From Octopus vulgaris (Eukaryota), in contig OX597815.1 in NCBI GenBank assembly GCA_951406725.2, positions 63,736,001 to 63,800,000 on the forward strand: a stretch of DNA of 64,000 nucleotides. The letters are read 5' to 3'. The number at the start of each line of letters is the position of its first letter. Position 1 is the stretch's first letter. The position numbers were made by a program, and so were the translations under genes. The notes under the pieces are model-generated. The model did not search any database and was not told the origin of the DNA. It saw nothing but the letters and a program-made list of their open reading frames with translations. Positions 51,556-64,000 of this stretch are shown one piece after another.

Positions 51556-51989
51556 CTTCTGCCACAAAGCAGAAGAACCATGGTATAACCCACTATGGCG
51601 TGGTAAACTTTCAGACCCTAGTCTAGATTGCGAATCCTCTGTACCCCAGGATGGTTCAGCTCTCCACCCGTTAAAAGCCACCGTTTACGGAATGGAGATA
51701 ACAACGTAGCTTTCGCGCCCGTGCAACCGCCAGTCTATCGCATGTGGTGGGTGGATCTTCAAGTTGCCGCACGCAATCTTAGTAGCTTAGAGTAGGCTCG
51801 AATTAGAGATTATTCTTTGTGGCTAATGGCGTGAGTCCTGATTGGAAGAAGAAGAAGAAGAAGAAGAAGAAGAAGAAGAAGACAACAGCAAGAACTGAAA
51901 CAACTTCAGCAATACCAAACAATATCAATAACAACATTATGAAAATCAAATGTAAGATCAACAACAATGCGAATAACGAATGCATTATT

Positions 51990-52210
51990 ATTCTTTTCTA
52001 CTCTATGCACAAGACCCGAAATTGTTTTCTTTTGGGTGGGTACCAGTCGATTAGATTGACCCCAGTACGCAACTAGTACTTAATTTATCGAATCCGAAAG
52101 GATGAAAGGCAAAGTAGACCCCGGTGGAATTTGAACTCAGAACATAAAGACAGACGAAATACTGCTCAGCATTTTGCCCGGCGTGCTAGCGTTTCTGCCA
52201 GCTGGCCGCA
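51990..52210 (-). mobile_element. SINE family B
   Basis: gaaaggcaaagtagaccccggtggaatttgaactcagaac...cggcgtgctagcgtttctgccagctggccgc. Confidence 0.8.
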
Positions 52211-52214
52211 TTGA

Positions 52215-52710
52215 AAATGACGACGGCGACGACGATGATATCAATGACAATGGTGGCGAAGTTGACGATAACAACGACAATGGTGATGACGATAACGAGA
52301 ATCATAGTGACGATGACGATGACAATCATGATAACAATGACAATGGTAATGACGATGACGATCTGAACAACGATAATGATGACAAGAACAACAACGAAGA
52401 CGATAACAAAAACGACGATAACGACAACGGTGACGATGGCTACGACGATGACGATGACAACGATAATGGTTATGACGACGATGACATAGATATTACTGAC
52501 GATGATGACGACAATAATAAGGACAATAATGACAACGATGACAATGGTGACGATGACGGTGGCGACTATGATGATAAGGTGACGACGAAGACGACAACAC
52601 GATGACAATTACTACAATGGTGACGACGATGACGATAACGACATGACAATGGAAATGACGACGACTAAAACAATGACAATGGTGACGACGACAGCGATAA
52701 CGACGACGAA
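52215..52710. repeat. Degenerate (GAC/GAT/AAC)n trinucleotide tract
   Basis: Visible directly. Yields the poly-D/N ORF 52174-52605. Confidence 0.85.
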
Positions 52711-53377
52711 CTAAAGAAACCTTAGAGATCACTCGTCCTGTTGGAACTAGCAACCTAATCTTCGTCAAATTACCCCTTCTACCAACTTAAACGAAGTATC
52801 ACACACGTAATGATGCAGCCCCCCAAAAATGAACAAATGGAATTGTCATGGCTGGAATGTCTTTGATTCTAGATTCAGCTCCCTCGATATAGATTTGTGG
52901 GAAAACAACAACAGCAACAACGGACAAGTTATAATCTATATGAGCCCTAAAAATTACAAGCACAAAGAAGACTGTTCGTAAACTGGAAAGACAGATGCCC
53001 AGTACTAAGAGAAACCCAACGACATTATCATCATCAACAACAATACCAAAAACGACAACAGCAACAACAGCAGCAACATTTCAGTCTAAATGTTGCATCT
53101 ATTTTTTCAAGTTTTAGATAAAAGCTTCTCTGAATCTAACCCGTATCAAACTTTTCAATAGACACACGGTTAAATTGATGTAGTCTGCCGTGCCTGATAT
53201 TGCTGAATATATAGCAAGATTTAACCGTAGTAATTTAAACTGTGCAACTTATAATACTGCGACAAATGACCGTCCATCTAATACTATAAATTCCAGTAAT
53301 CTAGATAACCGCACTACAGCATCTACTGCTAATAATCAACATATTGATGTACCTGATTCCAATAATAGCATTAATAG

Positions 53378-53540
53378 CCCTTTCTACTAAAGGCACAAGG
53401 CCTGAAATTTATGGGGAAGGGACTAGTCGATTACATGAAAGGATGAAAGGCAAAGTCGACCTCGGTGGAATTTGAATTCAAAACTAGTGACGGACGAAAT
53501 ACCTCTAAGCATTATCGATTCTACCAGCACGCGGCCTTAA
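53378..53540 (-). mobile_element. SINE family B, internally deleted
   Basis: ctttctactaaaggcacaaggcctgaaattt...gaaaggcaaagtcgacctcggtggaatttgaa. Confidence 0.75.
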
Positions 53541-54240
53541 TAATAGTATTGATAATGATAATACAAATAATTAGGCTAACTTTGCTTTATGTAACTTTCG
53601 TAATAGGTCCTTGTGTCCCATTAATAACAAGTGCTTTAGGAAAAATATAGCGTGTATGCACCCTATCAAGAAACATGTTTATATTAGTGCGTCCTCTTCT
53701 TCATTCAAACTTCTTTGGCGTAAGCACAAATCCACATTTAGACATAAAGATAAAGCTTAAAGCCTTATCTTTGTGTATAAATGTAGATTTTTTTGTATGT
53801 AATTTGCAACCATATAAATGTGGCGGTGGCTGGTGTGAGCTCTTTGTATCTGAGGCGTTCCATATTAATAAAATTAAATCAAATGTAATTAATCAGCGTG
53901 AGGAATTCATTCTAAGATGCTAGTACCTTAATTACAAATCGTTCTTATACCTAAATTTACACTTAATTACTACACATACACCAATAAGATTTATTACCTA
54001 CATCAATGCAACTGAATAATTCTCGACCTTGGCTAATCATAATTTGGCCTCACTCTTGTAATAGCTAATGCATCAGACCATATTTTGATAATCTGCTACT
54101 TGTAAAAATACTTATTACCCGTTGAAAAATACGTATTACAGTCTATAATACCCATATGTAACGCATGCACTATTTTGTATGTTTATATTGTATGTGTATA
54201 TGTAAATATGTGATTATGCATGTATCTGTATATGTATCCA

Positions 54241-55337
54241 CTAGCAGTATCACCCGGTGTTGCTTGGGTTTGTTTCGACCCTTTAGAATTGGAATTTTTG
54301 TAAAGTAAAAATTTTGCATTATGCAACTTGTTATTCTCTTCAAGTGAACATTTTTCCAGTTGAAATACACCGAAAAATGGTGACACAGCAGTCAAAAATC
54401 GTAAAAAAAATAGGGATTTTCATAGAAAAAAGCACCTTTTTGATGTAAGTAATTTTTGGTGTTAACATGGTCTGATTTGAATTTTATCTGCTACAGAATG
54501 AAGAGCAAGCCTTCTTCTATCATACTCTTAATTTTGGTCAACTTGCGCTGCAAGGTCTCGAAGGGGCTACCAATCCTGCCACACACAGACAACTTCAGCT
54601 TTATATATAGAGATTTGCTACACACTACTTTCCATCCTTAATAATGAAACTTGGTAGATCCAAAAGTTAAACACACAGACACACACACAGATACACACAC
54701 AGACACACAAGTTGAGTTTTATATATATAGATTTCTCAACGGGGATTTCAGGGGAGAGTTTCATTGAGTCGCTGGCGATGTATCGTGATGATCAAAAATC
54801 CGGCCTGCTAAAATTTGGTTAAAGTGATTCAAATTGCAGACTCAACGCAAAATGGTCACATTTAATTCAAAGCATTAAAAATGTTATGAAAACAATTGGT
54901 ATGTGTTCACAAAGTCCAAACGATTAATACGAAAAAACACTCCAGGCTACATCCCGAAAATCCATTTATTTGCCAAATTTCTACAATGTTTACGGCGATT
55001 CGTTTTTATATCTTGATTTTTTATTTTTCATGCAATTTACGCATGCTTGCACGCGTGGTGAACACAGTTCACGTCAAACAGCAGACTGAGTAAAGTTCAC
55101 TATTCAATGCATGGGATAAGACCTAAACAAACACATTATCGATTTTTGCACTTGTGAGATGAATTTCGGAACAGAAATAGCGCAGTTCAATTTTCATTTG
55201 CCTAAACTTTAAGTGACCCATTTTTGGTGGTTCTACGATTTGTTGGCTAGGAGGAGATGTGCCGGAAAGTTAAACACACAGACACGCACACAGATGCACA
55301 CACAGACACACAAGTTGAGTTTTATATATATAAAAGA
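54241..55337 (-). mobile_element. Composite non-autonomous Helitron with three stacked 5' termini
   Basis: One 3' end (ctagcagtatcacccggtgttgcttggg, as at 27973). Blocks of cacacag/ca..ttttatatata.agat end at ~54613, 54731 and 55337. Confidence 0.7.
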
Positions 55338-55371
55338 TGTATTTATTAATATGCATGTATATATTAATACT

Positions 55372-55405
<34 letters not shown>

Positions 55406-56275
55406 TGTATGTATGTATGTATGTATGTATGTATGTATGTATGTATGTATGATTATGTGTGTGTGCTAATGTTTGTCTCCGTGTGGGCTATGGATATAAG
55501 AGTATACGGTTGTGTGAGAATGTTCGTGTATTTTTTTACTATATTAATGCTTCTGTGCATATACTTCACTGTATGTGTGAGTGCAGTTTTGGGTTCACAA
55601 CAGTACATTAGGCTAGAAACCATTTTGAGGTGTGTTTATAATATTTGATTACAATTAAGGTCCATAAGACATTATGTGCGGCCTTTAAACTATATTTTAA
55701 AATTACTGCTGTCCAATACTATTTCTTTGTTCAAGCTTTTTTATCTCTAGCTGTCTGCTTCCTATTTAATTCATTTGTACTATATTTTTATATGCTGCTT
55801 AAAGTTATTTTTTATGTAGTTTTTATGTACTTCTTAATACTACTTTTTTCGTATTTACTATAACTACTTTACTTCTGTTTATCACTTCCATTTCTTTTAA
55901 CATTAAGGATGATAAATCATCTGAATCTAGCACCTTTATTGACAAGAAACAACATATTTTTACTGACCACACCAAACTAATTTTAGCTAGTTTTCAGTCT
56001 TCCATAAATTGTATATAGAAAGAAAATATTTTGTATGTATTCTCAGAGCAGAATAGTTGGAGTAATCATGATGTTCTAGTGATCTCATGTGCTAGCTTTC
56101 TTTATTTGCATTGATTTGTGAATATACAGTTGTGTATTCACATATTAAAGGAAGCATGTAAATATAATTCATTTTTCACTGAAATTATAATTACGTGAAG
56201 GGTGTGAAATGACCGTAATTCTATGGATATCTAGTGGTTAGATATATTCAACTTCCATACCTTTTAACTTTTTAT

Positions 56276-56329
<54 letters not shown>

Positions 56330-56359
56330 TATTAAAAAGCAGCAAAAATATCGCAAAAG

Positions 56360-56397
56360 CTGTTACTCAGTGATTCACGTTCCCGTTCGTCAGACAG
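56360..56397 (-). ncRNA. Type I hammerhead motif (A15.1 mutated)
   Basis: Minus strand CTGT-CTGACGA-ACG ggaa CGT-GAA-tcactgaGT-A-ACAG. Confidence 0.65.
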
Positions 56398-56816
56398 TTT
56401 TGTTTAGAATGGAACAAAAATAAGGTTATAAGCAAACATAAGCAATTATTTTAATGGATATACATTTGAAAATGGTGATGTTTCATTGGTCCTTTCAACT
56501 AATGGCCTTTATAAGGACTGGTTGCATGCAATGTACAAAATTCGGTATAATATCATTTTATAAAATCGAATAAAACCTTAAATCAAAAATAGCTTATAAA
56601 GAAGGACAGAGTCTCAATACCCAGAGTAAATAATTATTTGTAAAATATTAATCAGTTGCTACATTAAAAGCTATATCCGTTAAAAAAATGTTTCACATTG
56701 GATTACATATACATTTAGCAGTATATGCACATACCAAACCATCTATAATATACATATACACACTAAAACATACAGACGCATGTACATAGCTACATACATA
56801 TACAGATATATATAGG

Positions 56817-56866
<50 letters not shown>

Positions 56867-56970
56867 AGTTAATCCAAGCATGAAAACACAAAGAGAAAAC
56901 ACAACAACATGAGGATGTGGAACAAATATAGTGTTATTGGACGCTCAGGAAAGGAAAGAAAGAAGGAGGA

Positions 56971-57003
56971 TTTAACGTTTCGAGCGGAGCTCTTCGTCAG
57001 AAA
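56971..57003 (-). ncRNA. Extremely minimal PLE-type hammerhead motif
   Basis: Minus strand TTT-CTGACGAA-GAGC tcc GCTC-GAAACGTT-AAA with palindromic AACGTT. A decayed relative is at ~26690-26717 on plus. Confidence 0.6.
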
Positions 57004-57793
57004 CACAGGAAAGGAAAGATCCAAGGAAGGGAAAACAGAGGAAAAAAATCGCCAACGATACACACGCGGTCACATTTTGAAAGATATATATATATATATA
57101 TGTACGCACACATGCACGCGCACAAAATCTCCTGGCGTATGCTTATACAAGTTAGTTGTTACAGGTGAAAGAAATAGAAGGGAAAAATCAGAAAATATTA
57201 AGTATGAGGAGGAGGAAGAAAACAATGGAGAAGAAGAAAATAAAATAAAAGAAAGAGGAACAGAAAACTAGCAAGAGAAAGGGTAAAATAGCTAGGGGCA
57301 GAGAGTGCTACATGCATATACATACATGTATATACATACACATACATGCATATACATGCATATACATGCATATACATACATACAAATAAATATATAGAGA
57401 CATATCTACATCATAACGTATATATGCAAACAATTTTAAAAAACCGTCCGGTGTGTATAATATTAAAATGTAAAATAAGGACATTGTACATTGATTTGAT
57501 GTAACATAATTAAATACGTGAGTAAAAATAAAAATAATAATAATGAACCTCCGCGAAGCTTAAGCTTAAAATTAAATTTATAAAACAGTCGAAGGCTTTC
57601 TTAAAAATGAAGTCGAAATGTACAATAGCTTTGAGGTGCAAAATAACAATACCGTGTAAAGTCAAATTCAAATGCGACAGTCAAAAGAATATATTTCGAA
57701 AGTCAAAACATTTTACCCATACAGTATTTTGTCGGTTGACATTTTATATTTGTGGCGTGCCTGCAGGAATTTAAAAGCTCGCCTCTGTGTGTG

Positions 57794-57858
<65 letters not shown>

Positions 57859-57876
57859 TATACATATATGCATATA

Positions 57877-58027
57877 TAGGGTTGGCCAAAAGTCACCCGA
57901 CAATAAAGCAAACTTCCAGAAGGACTTCAGTTTGAGCAGTTTTCATGATGTTTCAGTTGTTAAACATAAATAAATCTTGGAATTAAATGGATTTGCTTTG
58001 CTGCCAGGTGACTTTTGGCGAACTCTG
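57877..58027. mobile_element. Tc1/mariner-type MITE (~150 bp)
   Basis: TIRs agggttggccaaaagtcacc and ggtgacttttggcgaactct, TA on the left and CA on the right. Confidence 0.75.
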
Positions 58028-58470
58028 CATGTGTATATATATATATATATTAGACTAGATGACCCATTGGGTCACCTGGAAAGTCTGAGTTTCCCAGCAA
58101 CGGAGTTTTGCTTCGTGTTGTTTTCTCTTCCGAGTTATTTCGAATACTTTCAACGTATGTAACATCGAAATCACGCGTAAACGGTTCCCCTACCCAGAAA
58201 AGGAAATATTTGGCTGCTATTTCTTGCACGCCTTGCTAACAAGTAACAAGTATTTCGAGTCCTTTATTGCAAATAGCTGTTATGTAGTAGCAGGGCGTGC
58301 TAGAAATAGCAATCACATCTGTGGAGCTGAGATACGTTGAATGCACTCGAAAAATGTTTGTAACGGTATTCCCTTTGGAACGATCTTTCGCTTTGACTCT
58401 CAAAACTGTCATACGGATCAGCTGGTCTTGTTCGTTAATTTCCGTAAAATTTTATTTATTTATTTACCTT

Positions 58471-58594
58471 TGTTTAAAGTGAAAGAGAAAGTGAAAGAGG
58501 TATGAACGTGTATATGAAATGGACGTGCGCGTGTGAGAGAGAGGGAGAAAGTACCACTTACACATACATGAGAACACACACGTGCACTCACTCA

Positions 58595-58637
<43 letters not shown>

Positions 58638-58860
58638 ACACACATGCACACGTGCATATAAAAAAGACGTATGCATATGAATTGATGTATGTATGTATGT
58701 ATACAAGACAGCAAATCCCTTCACTCACTCTCTTTCTGTCTGTCTCTCTTTTTCTCCCTCTTCTCCCCCCTCTCTCTCTCTCTCTCTTTCACACACAGAC
58801 GTCCATTTCATATACACATACATACATCTTTCACTTTTTCCTCTCTTTCACTTTAAAACA
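58471..58860. repeat. Fold-back or MITE-like element with ~80-bp imperfect TIRs and a microsatellite interior
   Basis: tttaaagtgaaagaga...gtgtatatgaaatggacgt versus acgtccatttcatatacac...tctctttcactttaaa. Confidence 0.7.
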
Positions 58861-59796
58861 ATAATAAATAAAAAGTTTTTACAGAAATTAACGAACTCCG
58901 GATAACAAGCGATAGTCGCCATTCACTTGCAAATAATTATAAAAACCATTAAAATATTGTCTGTTTAAAGAAAGCTAAAATATAAATACTTACTGTACAA
59001 ACAAGTTACATTTTTGAAATCACATTCACTTAAAGATATTTCTAAATGATTAAAATATTGTGTACATCAAAAAGTCGACGTTTTTCTTTTCTTAGAGAAC
59101 GCGAAGACTATGTGTGTGTATATGCCACAGATAGCAGCCATGTGTTTGTGTCGATTGACACGCAGTAACATTCATTATATGTGTGTATATTCTGTATGTG
59201 TGCATGTGTGTCGACGACACAGAAATCATGTTTTTTTTTCGTCAAGAAATAAGAAACAAAAATTGTGTTTAATCGTTTTCATTAATAAATAGAGGTCCAG
59301 ATATCACAAAAATTTGTACTGCTCTACATAAGATAAGTATGAAAATAAATATGCAAAAAGAATTAAGATAAAAATATACTATCTCTGAGATATTTCAGGT
59401 ACACACAGGCATCTCTAGTGTTTTAGTATTATTAAGATATATTTACACATATACATACAAACTAAACAACAGTAACAGCAACAACAACATATATATCCCA
59501 TACACAAGGCATATAGAGGCATAACAACAAGGGCAAATATTACCAAAGCACATACAGACAACAACACATCTAATTACAATATTGTCAGAGCAATTTATTA
59601 CACAACTTATTTATTACACAATTTATTACACACTGTTATACAACATTGACATAACCTAGCACAACGTATACACATAGCTATAACGTCACCACAACACAAA
59701 GCACAATGGCATAACAATATTATTGTACAATGTTGTCACAATACATACACAATACACACACACACACACACACACACACATAACAACATACTATAT

Positions 59797-60020
59797 TGGT
59801 TTGAAATTGGTTTCAACTTTTGATACAAGGATAGCAATTTTAGGGTAGGTGGTAGATCGATTACATTGACCCCAGTACTCAACTGGTAAGTATATTATCG
59901 ATACAGAAATGAAGAAAGGCAAATTCAACCTCGGTAGAATTTGAACTCAGAACGTAAAAATGAATGAAACGCCGCTAAACATTTTGCTCGGCGCGCTTAC
60001 AGTTCTGCCAGTTGGCCGCA
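59797..60020 (-). mobile_element. SINE family B
   Basis: aaaggcaaattcaacctcggtagaatttgaactcagaacg...ttctgccagttggccgc. Confidence 0.8.
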
Positions 60021-61324
60021 TAAAAGCGACATTTACAATATTGCTACTGTAAGATATAGTCATAACAACATCAATACTTGAACAAACATGCAAGAAAATA
60101 ATAATACAAACTAAATACGTACACAGACGTACATATACACATACACACGGCAACAGCAACCACAATTGTAATAGACCAACACATTACACACACACAACAC
60201 ATTACACACACATACACGCATACACTGATATCGTTGTTGATTGGATAGAAAGTTTCATTTTGTCAGGTTTTCAATTCGTTTTACTCTTTTAATATTGTTT
60301 ATTGTTATTGTTTGTCGTTATTGGCGTTTCTATCGTGGTTATTTTGTTGTTTTCGTTTTTGTTATTGTCCTTGCTATAGTCGTTCTATTGTTGCTCTAAT
60401 TGTTTGCGATTTTGTAATTACTTGTGTGATTGCAATAATGAAGGCGACGATGACGGTGACGCCGACGATGATGATGATGATTATGATGATGATGACGTTG
60501 ACAACGATGATGATGACGTTGAAGACGATGATAAAGTGGAGGAGGAGGAGGGAAGGGAGCAAGACGAAAAAGAGCAGGAGGAGGAGGAGTAACAAGAGGA
60601 AGATAGTGCCGATGATGATGATGATGATGATGATGAAGAGGCGGAGGGGGAGGAATGGGCGGAGGAGGATCACGGGTTGGTATGATGTTAATATTTACGG
60701 TGTTAAAGATAGAAATAACATCTTTTTATGGCGTTGGTGCTAGTAATGTTGGTGGTTGTCGGCGGAGAACGCTATTGTTGTTGTTATTGTTAGTGATGGC
60801 AACATTGTTATTCTTTGTATTTCTTGATTTTTTCTTTACTGTTTTTTTTTTCCTGTTAAGGATTTTTTTAAAAAGTCTTCGTTATTGGTACTTGTTTTCC
60901 TAATGAGGACGGTTGTATTGCTGTTGATGACAGCTATGGTGATGATGATGACGACGGTGTTTCTTATTTGGACGTGGTTGAAAGGACTGAAGACAGACCC
61001 TTTCCTCTTCGGCCAAACCTTCATCGCTTTTTCAAGTTCCACTTGAAAAAGAAAGTGAAAGTGGAGAGAGAAGTGCTGACCATAAGTATTTTTTGTCGAA
61101 AGGTGGCTGATTGTAACGAGGATGGCCTGTGTGAATGACACTGCTCTGAACATACGCCTGTAAGCCGGAGGGGATATCGATGAGACAGGTGCCTGCCTAG
61201 GGTATCCTTGACAATTGGGGATTCCTTGGTTGGCCCTGGGTGTAACTCTTCCCTTCTGGAAGAATTTTATTGTTTAGATTTTGTTGATAATTGTTACTGC
61301 CTTTTTTTTTTGTATTCACGCGTT

Positions 61325-61874
61325 TATTATCATTATTGAGTGAGAGAGCAGTGTATGACATCAAAGTGGCACTGGGGTAAAATATACGAAGCCCAGTATA
61401 CCCATCATGACTACCCATCTGATATGTGTACATCAGACACATGCATGAAAACCATATGTGCACAAAATGGTGATCTCATAAACAACGTATGACTTTAAAG
61501 ATGGGGCCTAGTTAGAATTTTCTTCTGGTCAAGTAGACCATCCCGTTCAAAAGGTCCCTGAATAAGAGTTGTTTAAGGATGTTGAACGAAACACCTATGT
61601 TTCCAGATGTGTTTTATTCAAACCCCAAAGAATTCCTCTCAGTACATGGCTATGATGCTCCCCACTACTGCTCGTGATCAGAGATGCATAAATCGTCAGC
61701 TACTAAGAAACACACTCAACTGGTTAAGGTCAAACAACTGACAAGCAAATCTGTGGTATTGAGCGGAATATTTTCTGTAACCCATCTTTTATACCAAGAG
61801 AAAACAATGTACATGATAACAATTCCAATCAATTAAGATGAAAAGCCATGAGAGCCACTGCCTGATACTGCATC

Positions 61875-61926
<52 letters not shown>

Positions 61927-62466
61927 GTTGTTGTTGTTGTTATTGAGGGGGCAATGCATACTTCTAAAGTGAAACTGGAATACAAACGTACAAAATCCAC
62001 TATACCCGTCATGACTACACGTTAGATAAGGGTACACCAGACACATACGTCACAAGCATATGTCCGCAAGACAGTGATGTCATATTAAGATAAACAGCCC
62101 ATGACCTTGCAGTTTCAGTAGCCCATCCTGCTCATAAGATCCTTGAATAAGGTTCGTTTATGGATAACAAACAAAACACTCGTGTTTCCAGAGGTAACTT
62201 ATTCAAACTCCAAAGTATTCCACTCAACATATGGTTATAATACTTCCCCGTCATTCCTGCGCGTAACATGAGATGCACACAGCGTCAGCCACTAAGAGAC
62301 ACGCTCAGTTGGTTAGAGTCAAGTAATTGACAAGCAAATTTGTGTATTGAGCAGAATATTTGCTGCAGCCCATCTTTTGGACGAAGGTAAAACATGTACA
62401 TAACACTTCCAATCAGTTAAGATTAGAAGTTATGAGAGTCATTGCTTGGTATAGCCTCAGAGCATC
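61325..62466 (-). mobile_element. Two head-to-tail copies (~530 bp each) of an (AAT)n-tailed non-coding retroposon
   Basis: 61338-61873 and 61943-62466 align throughout (ccc.tcatgacta, gtttccaga.gt, tgacaagcaaat.tgtg, ccaatca.ttaagat). Each abuts (ATT)n on its left. Confidence 0.75.
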
Positions 62467-62491
62467 TCCTACTACTACTGCTGCTGCTGCT

Positions 62492-62548
<57 letters not shown>

Positions 62549-63489
62549 TCATTATCCTCATTATTATTATTGTTATTATTATTTAGCAGGTAGAATCGTT
62601 ATTGGGTCGGACAAATGCTTTGTGGTATACATTCCCGCTCTTTGCATTTTGAACCTAAATCCTTCAGAGAATAACGTTACCTTTTGCCCTCCGGGTTTGA
62701 TTATATAAGGTCCCAGTTACGTACTGAGCTCGATGTTATAATTAGAAACAAAAGCACACGTGAAATCCACTCAGATTTTATGACAAAACATCTCGGCAAA
62801 GACAGCAACATCGAGAAAAGCAAGAAGTACAGTAACGACATCATCAACTAATCATCAGTTGCCACAAAATCAAAAATCAATTCCGTGTTTTGCAATTGTG
62901 AATTGACTTAGGATTAGAAAACAATGCAAAGCTCAATCTGAGTAAGCTGTATTGCTTAGCCAGAACGTACGTAATCGCGCTTCCTCAGGAAGAGAAAAAG
63001 AACGAAAGAAAATGAACCATCATCCATAAATTTATAACCTGGGTCCTTATTCGTCAGAATCTACACTTCTCAGCTCACAGAACTGCGAACTGTCCCATTC
63101 TGTTGCTAGTTGCAGTAGACATCTGCCAAGCGATTTCTAAACAGCTTTGGCATATGAAGATAACGTTCATATATATATACATATATATATATGTAGAAAG
63201 AGGGAAAAGAGAAGAGAGAAAGACAGAGAAAGAGAGAGGGACAGTGTGTGTGTGTGTGCGCGCGCGCTGGGTTGGATTTTCTCATGACTGACAATTCTTC
63301 TGTGATGATGACACTGAGGTGCTATTGCGGACAATATTGTTAATGTACCTGGTGCCACTGGTGCAGTTGCTATGGTTGCCGCTATAATTGTAAGTGTTGC
63401 CACTGTTGCTGATGTTAATGTGCGTTTTGATGTTATTATTGCTGTTCCTTTCCTAGCTCCTGCTGTTGCTGCTGCTGCTGCTTCCGCTA

Positions 63490-64000
63490 CTTACGCTATT
63501 GCACGCTGTTGTTACGGCATTGGTCCCTTTCTTTCCCTTGTCCTGTTTTAGTTTTGTGGGCAGGGATATCTCGGGTGGTCGCTGGTACCACATAAAGGTA
63601 ACTTGGGCCTTCTTTTCTCAACTCTTCTGCAAAGAGATGAGGTCTGGAATTCTTTTTATGTGTCCCAGTTTAACTTGGAGAAGGATCTCCAGTATAGTCC
63701 CAGACCAATTCTCTAGCTTCGACATTTTTGTATTCAGGAGAGCATCGCTCCTTTCCGGTACAACACTTGTTCGCATCCACCAGAGATTCAGATCCGATTT
63801 TCTTAATCTGACTGTTCCTTTTCCACGTACGTAGAAAAGAGAGCGAACACTTCACCCCTCAAATATAACGTCAACCCCACCAAACTGCTTTGCTCTGGAT
63901 ATGTGATAGATGCCTTGCCATATATTATGGTGAAACCTCTTCACTTGTTGGTGCGTCACTTTTTCCAGGTGATGACTTTTTAAAGACACGTATCAACATA
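63490..64000 (-). mobile_element. Probable decayed LINE 3' end (L1/Tx1-like)
   Basis: GC-richer complex sequence with a broken reading frame (IGSESLV...VEARELVW). The family assignment is tentative. Confidence 0.3.

Noticed and set aside
52174-52605. Asp/Asn-rich 143-aa ORF resembling an acidic biomineralisation protein
   Set aside because: It starts inside a SINE at a non-ATG codon, has no signal peptide, and is a trinucleotide tract.

Overview
AT-rich, microsatellite-dense animal genomic DNA with no supportable host protein-coding gene. The SINE families and repeat landscape point to a cephalopod, most likely Octopus (inferred from recalled repeat sequences, not searched). Most ORFs in the track are microsatellite artefacts. 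The real coding remnants are all decayed transposons: a full-length Chapaev3-like (CMC) DNA transposon with TIRs and a TTA TSD, RTE LINEs, R4/Dong-like RLE LINEs, Penelope-like elements (PLEs), maT/rosa/mariner fragments, non-autonomous Helitrons, MITEs and many tRNA-derived SINEs. The most notable signal is about ten type I hammerhead ribozyme motifs, mostly in short PLE-like modules inserted into (TA)n. One has a perfect core, several are minimal dimer-type, and three have an unusually long stem II. Also notable are a 288-bp near-perfect palindrome and a PLE whose endonuclease ORF is split by a clean 5' inversion. Most boundaries were read by eye and are approximate unless a TSD or terminus is quoted.
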